A DNA stretch of 64,000 nt. Source: Candidatus Latescibacterota bacterium (lineage in GTDB: Bacteria > Latescibacterota > UBA2968). Shown here in pieces: positions 9,616 to 19,241 of the stretch. The translations under genes were made by a program, and so were the position numbers. The notes beneath the pieces are model-generated. The model worked only from the letters and a program-made list of their open reading frames with translations. It made no database searches and was not told the DNA's origin. The first letter of the stretch is position 1. The number at the start of each line of letters is the position of its first letter. The stretch covers positions 4,000,001 to 4,064,000 of the forward strand of contig OZ241986.1 in NCBI GenBank assembly GCA_965204375.1. The letters are read 5' to 3'.

Positions 9616-11326
9616 CCTGAAAAATTCATAAAAAAGGTAGTTTCCTTATTCAAGTTATTGTATTATTATAGGTTATGGCAATAACCATTGAACAATAAAC
9701 TTGGAGGAAACTACCGTGGGTTCCCAAGATAATCATCACAAGGTTCCTTTGGCAAGCATTTTCGGCAAACGTGTCAATATCGCCTTTGATGGGGGCATCC
9801 TCACCAGTGATAGCGGCGCCTTATTGCTTCGAGAGGTGGAGGCCAGATCAGGTCTATTAGCACGCATCGGTGATGCCATCACGGATCGCCGGCATAAAAG
9901 TTATGTGGCTCATCGTGTGGCAGAGTTGATTAAACAGCGCGTGTTCCAGATTGCCTGCGGGTATGAAGATGCCAATGATTGCAATGCCTTACGCAGTGAT
10001 CCCGGCATCAAGGCTGCCTGTGGTGTCTTGCCCCTTTCAGGTGCCGACTTAGCCAGTCAACCGACGATGAGTCGTTTTGAGAACCAGATCAGGCGAAGCG
10101 AGTTGTATCGCATTGCCTGTGCCTTCCTCGATTGTTTTATCGCCTCTTATGCCCAGCCCCCTGCTGCGATTATCTTAGATATCGATGATACACAGGATAC
10201 AGTTTATGGGACACAGCAGTTGTCCCTATTCAATGGGTATTTGGGTGCCTATTGCTATCAGCCCTTGCACATTTATGAAGGACAAACCGGCAAGTTGATC
10301 ACCACAGTTTTGCGTCCCGGTGTGCGACCAACAGGCCAACAGATTGTCGCCATACTCAAGCGTTTGGTGGCCTATCTGCGTCAGGCTTGGCCTGATGTGG
10401 CGATCATCTTGCGGGGTGATGCCCACTTTTCTTGTCCACAAGTCCATCAGTTGTGTGCCGATAGTGACCTGTATTTTATCCTTGGACAGACCAGCAATGC
10501 GAAGTTGAGACAGTTGGCAAAGCCCCTGATTGAGCAGGCGAAAAGGCTTTATGCACATACAAAGAAGCCTGTGCGTCTTTTTACCTCGTTTTGCTATCAA
10601 GCAAAGAGTTGGAACAAGGCACAACGCATCGTATGCAAGGTAGAAATCAGTGACCGAGGCCAAAACACCCGCTTTGTCGTGACCAACCTTGAAAGTTCAC
10701 AAGCCTCCTTTATCTACCAAAGCGTGTATTGTGCGCGCGGACAGATGGAAAACTTCATTAAAAATCACAAAACCTTTCTCCACTCTGACCGCACATCCTG
10801 TCACAGCTTTACTGCCAATCAGTTCCGTCTCTTCCTCCATTCGGCTGCCTATGTCCTGATACAGACATTGGCGCAAATCGGATTGAAAGGCACAACGTGG
10901 ACAAACGCGCAGGTCAATACCATACAAAATCGCTTTCTCAAAGTCGCCGGACGCATCTGTGAATTGAAAACGAAGATTACGTTCCATTTGCCTGCGTCCT
11001 TTCCAGTGCAACATCTGTATCATAAAATCCTACACAATCTGGCAAAGGCTTTCCCCTAACGCAAAATACGGGGGAGGGGAGGCAGACACCATCACTTGCT
11101 GACTGGACACGACACATACACCGCCTTGTGCAAAGACGCGGCAGGCAAGGGGCGTGTCTGTCCTTTTTGCCAACCACAGGCACGCACACCCGATGAAATG
11201 GACCAAACAGACCCCTGTAAAGACCCAATCGAGTCCGACAAGAACAGAAAAACAATGAACGAGAGCTTGGAACACCGAAATGATTACATAATTATCCTAT
11301 TCTTCAACTTTCATGAATTAGTCGGG
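9616..11326 (+). mobile_element. Complete IS1380-family element (1711 bp) with 4-bp target duplication CTAA
   Basis: Imperfect IRs CCTGAAAAATTCATAAAA / CCCGACTAATTCATGAAA (14/18 match); CTAA at 9612-9615 and 11327-11330. Confidence 0.9.
9701..11059 (+). CDS. IS1380-family transposase
   Basis: FDGGILTSDSG, GYEDANDC, LASQPTMSRFEN, LDIDDT, LRGDAHF, YCARGQMENFIK. Confidence 0.95.
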   Translation: MEETTVGSQDNHHKVPLASIFGKRVNIAFDGGILTSDSGALLLREVEARSGLLARIGDAITDRRHKSYVAHRVAELIKQRVFQIACGYEDANDCNALRSDPGIKAACGVLPLSGADLASQPTMSRFENQIRRSELYRIACAFLDCFIASYAQPPAAIILDIDDTQDTVYGTQQLSLFNGYLGAYCYQPLHIYEGQTGKLITTVLRPGVRPTGQQIVAILKRLVAYLRQAWPDVAIILRGDAHFSCPQVHQLCADSDLYFILGQTSNAKLRQLAKPLIEQAKRLYAHTKKPVRLFTSFCYQAKSWNKAQRIVCKVEISDRGQNTRFVVTNLESSQASFIYQSVYCARGQMENFIKNHKTFLHSDRTSCHSFTANQFRLFLHSAAYVLIQTLAQIGLKGTTWTNAQVNTIQNRFLKVAGRICELKTKITFHLPASFPVQHLYHKILHNLAKAFP

Positions 11327-11441
11327 CTAAGTAGTCACTCATGAGTTTTCTATTCTAAAAAAGATGAAATAGTATGGTCAAGTCCGCTAAAATCTCGGAG
11401 ATATTTACTGGATCATTGGAGAAAAAAAGGATCACTCATCA

Positions 11442-12509
11442 ATGAAATTTCAAAAATTACTTGCCGAATTTGAGAAGTTGCCTCCAACGCTCCAACGCGA
11501 CCCTACCACCCTGGAACTATCAGGCTATCCCCACCTTGAAAATGTTTACAGCAATATACTGGCTTTTTTCCTGGATCCCGAACGCGAACACGGTTTCGGG
11601 CCACTTTTTCTCGAATCGCTGCTGTCTGTCGCTAAATGCGAAGCGATACAAGATGGAGAAAAGGTAGAGGTCAACAGGGAAGAAATCACTGAAACCCGTA
11701 AGCAAATCGATCTGGTGATTTCTACGGACACACTCATTGTCGGCATAGAAAACAAAATCTATAATCCACTCCACAATGACTTCGAAGATTACGGGCGGCA
11801 TATCGCCAAAAGCGCTAACGGGCGGCGTGTATGCAAGATCCTTCTCGGATTGAAATGGAAGTTGCCGGAGGATGGCCGAGGGTTATCTGGCTTCAAGCCC
11901 ATTACCTATCAAGATTACTTTGACGAGGTACTTCAGCAAATTGGTCCTACTCTTATAGGGTCAAGTGATCGCTATCTGCAATTCGCACTGGAAGTGATTG
12001 AGACCGTAAAACACCTGACAGAGGGCAGTGCCATGAAGCCAGAAATGCTAGCTTTTTTTCAGAAAAACGAGGAAGGCGTCAACTCCCTGTTGCAGAAAGT
12101 AAAGAATCTCAAGGATGAGATGCGTAATCGCGTCAAGGACCTCAGGACAGCTTTTACACCTGACTGTCCGAACATCGCTGTTTACCTATGGCGGCAAAAT
12201 CACAAGCTTCGCGATTCTGTGTGGTATCAAATAAAAATTGAGGATGGTTTTACTCTTGAGATATATACTTTCATTTCTCCAAAAGGATGGAGAATTAAAG
12301 TCCTCACTACAGAAGGGAATTTCCAACGAGTAAAGTCTTGGTTAGAGGAGAGGCAAGGGGGCAATTGGAGAAAAGAGGAAGAAGAAGGCTATCGGTATCA
12401 ATCCGATCCATCCCCTGACCTTCCGTACAACACAGATATAAATAAAGTCGTTGAACGAGTAAAACCACTGATCAAAAGTGCGATGAATTACTTCTCTCCA
12501 TCCCTATAA
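11442..12509 (+). CDS. PD-(D/E)XK nuclease family protein
   Basis: ENVYSNILAFFLDP...HGFG, EVNRE, IDLVI, IVGIENKI (PDDEXK_4-like). Confidence 0.8.
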   Translation: MKFQKLLAEFEKLPPTLQRDPTTLELSGYPHLENVYSNILAFFLDPEREHGFGPLFLESLLSVAKCEAIQDGEKVEVNREEITETRKQIDLVISTDTLIVGIENKIYNPLHNDFEDYGRHIAKSANGRRVCKILLGLKWKLPEDGRGLSGFKPITYQDYFDEVLQQIGPTLIGSSDRYLQFALEVIETVKHLTEGSAMKPEMLAFFQKNEEGVNSLLQKVKNLKDEMRNRVKDLRTAFTPDCPNIAVYLWRQNHKLRDSVWYQIKIEDGFTLEIYTFISPKGWRIKVLTTEGNFQRVKSWLEERQGGNWRKEEEEGYRYQSDPSPDLPYNTDINKVVERVKPLIKSAMNYFSPSL

Positions 12510-12651
12510 CTCCCTAAACAAGACTGCTTGGAGGCATATGGTTCAAGACGCTATGGGCGGTACATCAATAAGACTGATTAGATAGTTCCACCGCAGCCTA
12601 TATTTTCCTTGACTTAACAAACCATTTTGTGGAAAGTCAAAAGGGCGTGTA

Positions 12652-13776
12652 ATGGCATATCTTACGTATAAGTACAAGCTGTATAGCCGTTGTGACCGCA
12701 ACAGGTATATCCATCAAGACATAGACGCTTTTGCAGGCGTGTATAACCACTTCATTGGGTTGCACAAGCGGTATTATCGGCGATTTAAGAAGTATCCAAG
12801 CAAATTCACTCTGATTAAGCACCTGACAAAGCTGAAAAAGACAGCGCGTTTTTCCCGCTGGCGTTTGTTGCCATCCCAAGCATTGCAGAATGTGATAGAA
12901 CGCATAGATTTTGGGTATCAGAAGTTCTTTGACAGAGAGAACAAGCGACCGCCTAAGTTTCGGTCTCGGTTCAGGTATCAGTCCTATACGCTGAAACAAG
13001 CAGGCTATGCGTTCTTGGATGGTAACAAAATTCAAATCGGCTTTGGTTTGTGTGGCACAATCAAGCGTATATTCAGGTATCACAAGAGTAGAGACTTCGA
13101 TAGAGAAAGTGTAAAGACAGTCACAATCAAACGTGACCGTGTAGGCGATTTGTGGTTATGTGTTGTTGCGAAGGCAGAAAGTTTCAAGTTGAGCATTGCC
13201 AAGACAGGTAAAACCGCAGGCTTTGACTTCGGCTTGAAAACATACTTGACTGCCTCTGACAATACACGGATGCAATCGCCTCAGTTTTTCAAACGCAACG
13301 CAAGGATGATCAAAAAGGCCAACCAGCAACTGTCCCGCAAGCAGAACGGCAGCAACAATCGTCACAGAGCAAGAAGCAACCTTGCCAGCGTGCATAGACG
13401 TGTTGCCAATCAACGCAGGAACTACCATTGGCAACTTGCCCATCACCTTTGCAAGCAATACGATGCCATGTATTTTGAGACGCTAAATATCAAGGCTATG
13501 CAAAGACTGTGGGGTAGAAAAATCAGTGACCTCGGCTTTTTTGACTTCTTGGCCATCCTCAAGTATGTCGCAGAAAAGACAGGCAAAGAATTTGAGCAAA
13601 TTGACAAATGGTTGCCAACGTCAAAGACGTGCTCTGCCTGTGGCAAGGTTAAAGAAAAACTTGCGTTGCGAGAAAGAATCTTTCGTTGTGGCTGTGGGCA
13701 TGTCATGGATAGAGACCTCAACGCAGCGATAAACATTCACAGGTGGGGACGTCCACCTTTGGAGGAGGCGACGTAA
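12652..13776 (+). CDS. tnpB: TnpB RNA-guided endonuclease (IS200/IS605 family, no tnpA)
   Basis: RuvC-I GFDFG, RuvC-II YFETL, Zn finger CSACG..CGCG, RuvC-III DRDLNAAINI. Confidence 0.93.
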   Translation: MAYLTYKYKLYSRCDRNRYIHQDIDAFAGVYNHFIGLHKRYYRRFKKYPSKFTLIKHLTKLKKTARFSRWRLLPSQALQNVIERIDFGYQKFFDRENKRPPKFRSRFRYQSYTLKQAGYAFLDGNKIQIGFGLCGTIKRIFRYHKSRDFDRESVKTVTIKRDRVGDLWLCVVAKAESFKLSIAKTGKTAGFDFGLKTYLTASDNTRMQSPQFFKRNARMIKKANQQLSRKQNGSNNRHRARSNLASVHRRVANQRRNYHWQLAHHLCKQYDAMYFETLNIKAMQRLWGRKISDLGFFDFLAILKYVAEKTGKEFEQIDKWLPTSKTCSACGKVKEKLALRERIFRCGCGHVMDRDLNAAINIHRWGRPPLEEAT

Positions 13777-13899
13777 GACATAGCTCGTACAGTATGCTAT
13801 CGCTTTTGATACCACAATCCCTAACTGAAGCTACGGACTTAAGCACGCGCAAGCATGCCGTAGGCACATCCAAATGCTTTAGCTTTGGGAGTACGTCAA
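13740..13899 (+). ncRNA. Probable omegaRNA scaffold / right end of the tnpB element
   Basis: Ends in ...CCAAATGCTTTAGCTTTGGGAGTACGTCAA, a typical IS605-type right-end hairpin plus TCAA. 5' boundary approximate. Confidence 0.6.
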
Positions 13900-13976
13900 T
13901 TTTCTTTACATACAGCCCTTTTTTGCATATTATTCCACGCTCTACAAAGATCTGTATCACCCCAACAGGAGATCGC

Positions 13977-14264
13977 ATGATGGCCGCCAAAATCTCGGAA
14001 ATATTCACCGAATACGAAGAAGCGAACAAAGACCTGGAACCCACCACCAGCAGGCTGGATACCGAACAAGAAATCCCGGTGGAAAAATATTGCTGCATCA
14101 CGGGTGAAGTGGTAAAATCGAGCTTTTGCCGTTATCCCGACGAAAAAGAAGACACCATGATGGTCATGTCAAAAGAGCAGATGCTATTGCACTCCCGCAA
14201 TGGTGGCAATATTTCACAGATATTTAAACAAGTATTGGCACTTCGCAGAAAACGGGAACAGTAA
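13977..14264 (+). CDS. Small hypothetical protein (95 aa)
   Basis: AGGAG RBS before ATG 13977; MMAAKISEIF...CCITGE. Confidence 0.7.
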   Translation: MMAAKISEIFTEYEEANKDLEPTTSRLDTEQEIPVEKYCCITGEVVKSSFCRYPDEKEDTMMVMSKEQMLLHSRNGGNISQIFKQVLALRRKREQ

Positions 14265-14308
14265 GAAACGCCCCATCGCGGTTTCTATCCCCTCACCCCT
14301 TTCGAGAA

Positions 14309-15193
14309 ATGCGCGTGAAAGACGGCGTTTTGAAATACGGCTTTGTGGGTCCAGCACTGATCTTTCTGATCGCGTTTAACATCTTTCCCCTCTTTTACAA
14401 CATCTACCTCAGCTTTACCGATGCCGAACTCAGTGGCGGCATTACACGGCTCATAGGTGGGCGCAACTACGGCGTCATCTTTGACGACACGCGCTATGGC
14501 ACTGCCCTTCGCACCACCGGACTATTCGTGGTCCTGGCAGTCGCGACCGAACTCCTTCTCGGCTTTGCCCTCGCCCTCGCCCTTCAAAAACCCTTCTGGG
14601 GCAAACCCACCATCACCACCATACTCCTGGTACCCATGATGCTATCCCCCGCAGTCATGGGCCTGTACTGGAACTTTATCCTCAATGGTCACTACGGCGT
14701 CGTCAACCAGGCACTATCCGTCTTTGGCCTCTACCAACCGCAATGGCTGACCGACCCCGACTTGAAACTCTTCTCCATCCTGATGATCGACATCTGGATG
14801 TGGACGCCCTTTATGATGCTCATCGCCCTTGCCGGCCTCAATGCCATTCCCTACCACCTCTACGAAGCCGCGGCCATTGATCGGGCATCCAGATGGACCG
14901 TCTTTCGGCGCATCACCCTACCCCTGTGCTCCCCCCTGCTCTTTCTCGCGGTCTTGTTGCGCACCACAGATGCCCTCAAACAATTTGACCTCGTCATGGC
15001 CGTCACGGGACCCAATGATCGCGCGACCCAAACCTTGAGTGCCCTCCTCTATCAAGTCATGTTTCGCGGATATAAAATCGGACTGGGCAGCTCTTACAGC
15101 ATCGTCATCCTCCTCATCGTCATCGCACTCGCAACTATTTTCATCCGATACATCGCCAGCATCCAGGCAAAACAGGGGAGGGAAAACGCGTGA
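14309..15193 (+). CDS. Carbohydrate ABC transporter permease
   Basis: Multiple TM helices; EAA loop LYEAAAIDRAS. Confidence 0.92.
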   Translation: MRVKDGVLKYGFVGPALIFLIAFNIFPLFYNIYLSFTDAELSGGITRLIGGRNYGVIFDDTRYGTALRTTGLFVVLAVATELLLGFALALALQKPFWGKPTITTILLVPMMLSPAVMGLYWNFILNGHYGVVNQALSVFGLYQPQWLTDPDLKLFSILMIDIWMWTPFMMLIALAGLNAIPYHLYEAAAIDRASRWTVFRRITLPLCSPLLFLAVLLRTTDALKQFDLVMAVTGPNDRATQTLSALLYQVMFRGYKIGLGSSYSIVILLIVIALATIFIRYIASIQAKQGRENA

Positions 15194-16053
15194 AGAACTT
15201 GAGATGGCTCGTCATCATCCCGTATTTTGGTCTCGCCACACTGCCCCTGTGCTGGCTCTTCCTCACCTCCTTGAAAACGCAGGAAGCAGCGATCAGCCCC
15301 ACAGCCTCCCTCATGCCAACCACCACTGAAAACATCGCGCCCGGAGGCCTGAGTTTCTCAGCCACATTAGACGCCTATCGCAAACTGGCAACACCACACA
15401 CGGGCAAAGCACACGCATTTTTTCACTACCTCTTCAACAGCGTCATCATCGGCCTGCTCAGCACCCTTGCATCGGTCGTCCTCGGAACCGGCTGCGCGTA
15501 TGGATTTAGCCGATTTCGCATCGCAGGTGCCCGGGACTGGCTGTTCTTCATCCTCTCGACCCGCTTCCTGCCCCCACTCGCCGTCGTAGTCCCCGTACTG
15601 ATGATGTACCGCGTCTTCAATCTGCCCAACACACACCTGGGCCTCATCCTGCTCTACACGGCATTTAACCTCTCGCTCGCAGTCTGGTTGATGAAGGGAT
15701 TCATAGACGAAATCCCCCGGGCGTATGAAGAAGCCGCGCTCGTCGATGGATACAGCCCACTTCAAGCATTTTACAAAATCATCTTACCCCACTCTGCAAC
15801 CGGCATGGCTGTTACCGCCGTCTTCTGTCTCATATCCGCCTGGAATGAATACGGCTTTGCGCTCGCGCTCAACAACGCCGAAGCCGTCACCGTACCCGTC
15901 TATTTTGCCGGACTTCAGGGCAACATCCAGGGCATTCCCTGGCCGCAGATTGCCGCGGGCGTCCTCATCTTTGTCGTGCCAATAGTAATCTTCACAGTAC
16001 TCGTCCGCAATCATCTGCTGCGGGGCGTGACATTTGGAACAATTAAACAGTGA
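15190..16053 (+). CDS. Carbohydrate ABC transporter permease
   Basis: EAA loop YEEAALVDG; AWNEY. Confidence 0.92.
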   Translation: MKNLRWLVIIPYFGLATLPLCWLFLTSLKTQEAAISPTASLMPTTTENIAPGGLSFSATLDAYRKLATPHTGKAHAFFHYLFNSVIIGLLSTLASVVLGTGCAYGFSRFRIAGARDWLFFILSTRFLPPLAVVVPVLMMYRVFNLPNTHLGLILLYTAFNLSLAVWLMKGFIDEIPRAYEEAALVDGYSPLQAFYKIILPHSATGMAVTAVFCLISAWNEYGFALALNNAEAVTVPVYFAGLQGNIQGIPWPQIAAGVLIFVVPIVIFTVLVRNHLLRGVTFGTIKQ

Positions 16054-17114
16054 TCATGCCATTTCTCGAACTTCAAAACCTCCAAAAAACCTACCCCGAC
16101 GGCACGCGGGCAGTCAGGGGTATTGACCTGCAAGTTGACAAAGGGGAATTTATCGTCCTCCTGGGTCCCTCGGGATGTGGAAAAACAACCACATTGCGGA
16201 TGATCGCGGGACTGGAAGATCCAACCGGCGGACAGATCACCCTCGACAACCAGAACGTCACACATCTGCCGCCATCTCAGCGCGACGTGGGATTTGTCTT
16301 CCAATTTTACGCGCTCTACCCGCACATGACCGTCCGAAAAAACATCGCCTTTCCACTCGAAAACATCGGCACAGCCCCCGCAGATATCAAAGCGGCAATA
16401 GACCGCGTTACACGCGCCCTGGGGATCGAAACATTACTCACCCAATACCCCAGACAACTTTCAGGCGGTGATCAACAGCGCGTCTCTCTCGCCCGCGCCA
16501 TGGTACGCACACCGGATATCTATCTCATGGACGAACCCCTGGGCACACTCGACGCAGAACACCGGTTGGAACTCAGAGCATTTATACGCCGTCAACAACT
16601 ATCACTCTCCATAACTGCCATCTACGTCACACACGACCAGGAAGAAGCCATGAGCCTATCAGATCGCATTGTCGTCATGGACGGCGGCAAAATCAGACAA
16701 ATCGGGACCCCATCAGAAATCTACAACCATCCAGCAGATCTCTTTGTCGCAAACTTTGTCGGCAGCCCGGGAATGAATCTATTAACCGGACAAATTGTGC
16801 AACGCGAGGACAGCCTAACGTTTACCCGTCCGGATACAGACATTCACATCCCCATCCACGCGAACATCGCGCCCGCGCAAGTCATCTTTGGCATGCGTCC
16901 TGAATTTATCCGCCCTACCAACCGCGGCATACCTGGCAAAGTCATCCTCAGCGAATACCTCGGCAGCCACGGTTACGTGCACGTAGATACCCCAATAGGC
17001 GAACTAATCACGCGCTCAACCGACCGCTTTGCCATCGGAGAAACAATCCACCTGCACCTGAATGAAGAACACATTCGCCTATTCGATCCAGACACGGAAA
17101 CAGCCCTCGTATGA
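16050..17114 (+). CDS. Carbohydrate ABC transporter ATP-binding protein (MalK-like)
   Basis: GPSGCGKT, LSGGD, LMDEP, YVTHD. Confidence 0.93.
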   Translation: MIMPFLELQNLQKTYPDGTRAVRGIDLQVDKGEFIVLLGPSGCGKTTTLRMIAGLEDPTGGQITLDNQNVTHLPPSQRDVGFVFQFYALYPHMTVRKNIAFPLENIGTAPADIKAAIDRVTRALGIETLLTQYPRQLSGGDQQRVSLARAMVRTPDIYLMDEPLGTLDAEHRLELRAFIRRQQLSLSITAIYVTHDQEEAMSLSDRIVVMDGGKIRQIGTPSEIYNHPADLFVANFVGSPGMNLLTGQIVQREDSLTFTRPDTDIHIPIHANIAPAQVIFGMRPEFIRPTNRGIPGKVILSEYLGSHGYVHVDTPIGELITRSTDRFAIGETIHLHLNEEHIRLFDPDTETALV

Positions 17115-18163
17115 ATGCCTCATTTCTCAAAATAGATAACCTGTCCAAAAATTATGGCGAAATCCGGGCACTCTCGGAAATCTCGCTCTCTCTTCACGCC
17201 GAAGAACTCCTCGTCGTCCTGGGCCCAACGGGTGCGGGCAAAACAACGCTCTTGCGCATCATCGCGGGCCTCGAAACAGCGGATACCGGGCGTATAACCG
17301 TCAACGGCACAGACATAATCCATCAGCTACCCGCAGAACGCGACATCGCCCTCGTCTTTCAGAACTTCTCACTCTACCCCAACAAAACCGTGCGCCAGAA
17401 CCTCGCATTTCCACTCCAGGCACCCGGACGCAAACTCTCCAAAGAAGAAATAGCAAACAGAATTTCCCACACCGCCGACCTGCTTCGCATAACCCCGCTT
17501 TTGGACCGACCTGCCACGCACCTGTCCGGCGGCGAAATGCAGCGCGTCGCAATCGGGCGCGCCATCGTGCGCCAACCCCAACTCTTTCTCCTGGACGAAC
17601 CCCTCACCAACCTGGATGCAAAATTGCGCGAAGTATTGCGCGTCGAACTCATCCGCCTCCAGCGCGACCTGGGCACACCCATGATTTACGTCACCCACGA
17701 CCGGGTAGAAGCCCTCTCAATGGGCGACCGAATCGCCGTATTGTCCGAAGGGAAAATCCTGCAAATCGGTTCCCCCGAAGAAATCTACCAGCAACCCAAT
17801 TCTCCGACCGTCGCCCGTCAACTCGGCTACCCCCCCATCAACACCATAGACGTCCACAAACAGCAAAACCAATGGTTCACAGCCTCGAATCAGCCCATCA
17901 CAACCGCAGACCGAAACGCCCCTTCAAACGCCACCCTCGGCATCCGTGCGGAAAATATTTCACCCAATGGAGGCAAAATCCCCGCGACCATCGAAGTCGT
18001 CGAAGACCTCGGCGCATCGACCATCTTGCTCGCAGACTGGGCGGGACTACCCATCCAGATCTTGACATCCGGCGAGCAACAATGGCGCGTTGGAGATGAA
18101 ATATACCCGTCTATTGATCCGGATCGCGTATTGGTGTGGGGAACCACCGATGAACAGGGATGA
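17111..18163 (+). CDS. Carbohydrate ABC transporter ATP-binding protein (MalK-like)
   Basis: GPTGAGKT, LSGGE, LLDEP, YVTHD. Confidence 0.93.
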   Translation: MNASFLKIDNLSKNYGEIRALSEISLSLHAEELLVVLGPTGAGKTTLLRIIAGLETADTGRITVNGTDIIHQLPAERDIALVFQNFSLYPNKTVRQNLAFPLQAPGRKLSKEEIANRISHTADLLRITPLLDRPATHLSGGEMQRVAIGRAIVRQPQLFLLDEPLTNLDAKLREVLRVELIRLQRDLGTPMIYVTHDRVEALSMGDRIAVLSEGKILQIGSPEEIYQQPNSPTVARQLGYPPINTIDVHKQQNQWFTASNQPITTADRNAPSNATLGIRAENISPNGGKIPATIEVVEDLGASTILLADWAGLPIQILTSGEQQWRVGDEIYPSIDPDRVLVWGTTDEQG

Positions 18164-18439
18164 AAACCCGTAGAGCAGGCGAGGACCTGCATCGCAATTA
18201 TACAATCGTTTGTCGTATAAAGTGAAAAAAGTGAAAAAATCTGATATACGAGCAATAATTCTAATATATGAGCAATCTTTTATAGTTGGAATTACAGACG
18301 CGATGGTATTATCATAAAAAAGCCGCTAACAAGACTCGGCAAAGTCATCTGTCAGCGGCGGTGAATATCTCAAGCTGATAACTTGAGAAGACCAAACCAA
18401 AGTAACGACCCGAAGCGCGATTGTCAATACAAAGTAAAA

Positions 18440-18487
18440 GAACAAAATGTTCAATCGAAAAGTGAAAAGTGAACAATGTGTTCACTT
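18440..18487. promoter_or_regulatory. Two GAACA-N3-TGTTC palindromes, candidate activator binding sites
   Basis: GAACAAAATGTTC at 18440-18452 and AAGTGAACAATGTGTTCACTT at 18467-18487; cores are 31 bp apart. Confidence 0.55.
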
Positions 18488-18583
18488 CTCAATTCGATAT
18501 TCAGCCTAACTTTTACTCGACAATAATATCTATGCGAAGTAAAAATAATGACTTACAAATATTATAATTCTAAAAGTTCACAT

Positions 18584-18599
18584 TGGCACACATGTTGCA
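18584..18599 (+). promoter_or_regulatory. Sigma54 (-24/-12) promoter
   Basis: TGGCAC-ACATG-TTGCA matches the TGGCAC-N5-TTGCW consensus, about 100 bp upstream of ATG 18700. Confidence 0.75.
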
Positions 18600-18699
18600 T
18601 ATATCTGTTTAAGCAGTAAAAAATCTGTATCGAATCGTGTGGAAAGCCATGCTCTGAACCTCAAATATTTAGACCGCGTTTATCGCACTGGAGAAAAAT

Positions 18700-19050
18700 A
18701 TGAACAAACAGAAAATACTGATTATAGATCACGATCCCGGCATTCTATCGATCCTTGTGGGATTTCTGAGCGATGAACCTTATGACATAAGCACAACGAG
18801 AGATGGGATAGAAGGGCTTGAAATATTGAGACGAGAGAAGATCGATCTCGCCATCGCTGAAATGTATATGGCAGGTCTCAATGGGGTAACTCTTTTGAAG
18901 TGTCTAAAGGAAGAGAAGATTCAGACAAACGTCCTGATCATGGAAAGTTTTGTGCCCCTGGAAGTAGCCGAAAAAATACTCAAAGCCGGTACTGCAGGCG
19001 TACAAGAGAATACATGGCATTTCTCCTACCCAGTATCGCACAAAAGTTAG
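18700..19050 (+). CDS. Stand-alone atypical receiver (REC) domain protein
   Basis: KILIIDHD...DGIEGLEIL...IDLAIAEMYMAGLNG. Phosphoacceptor Asp position is Glu and the KP motif is absent. Confidence 0.75.
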   Translation: MNKQKILIIDHDPGILSILVGFLSDEPYDISTTRDGIEGLEILRREKIDLAIAEMYMAGLNGVTLLKCLKEEKIQTNVLIMESFVPLEVAEKILKAGTAGVQENTWHFSYPVSHKS

Positions 19051-19241
19051 GCGTGGAGAAATTTAGACGCTTTCGGAAGGTGTTTGAGTTGAATGTTCAG
19101 AGGATTGTTTTTTGACGATTTTGGAATGCATCTCCCGCCCATAATTCTGAACGCCCGAAAGGAGGTACGAATAGAGAACTGATTGAATCACCGCATATCG
19201 TTGTTACTCAAGCAGTATAACCCTTAACAGGAGATTGTATC

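Noticed and set aside
9616-13899. Composite transposon formed by IS1380 and the tnpB element around the nuclease
   Set aside because: Different families and mechanisms; IS1380 has its own TSD, showing independent insertion.
13743-13976. N-terminal extension of the 173-aa ORF 13743-14264
   Set aside because: It runs through the tnpB right end; the RBS supports a start at 13977.
14309-18163. Sugar ABC operon without a substrate-binding gene, and the orphan family-5 binding protein at 2975
   Set aside because: Separately encoded binding proteins are common, and the two belong to different ABC classes.
18440-18487. LexA (SOS) boxes
   Set aside because: Spacing is GAAC-N5-GTTC rather than N4, and the position fits sigma54 enhancer sites better.
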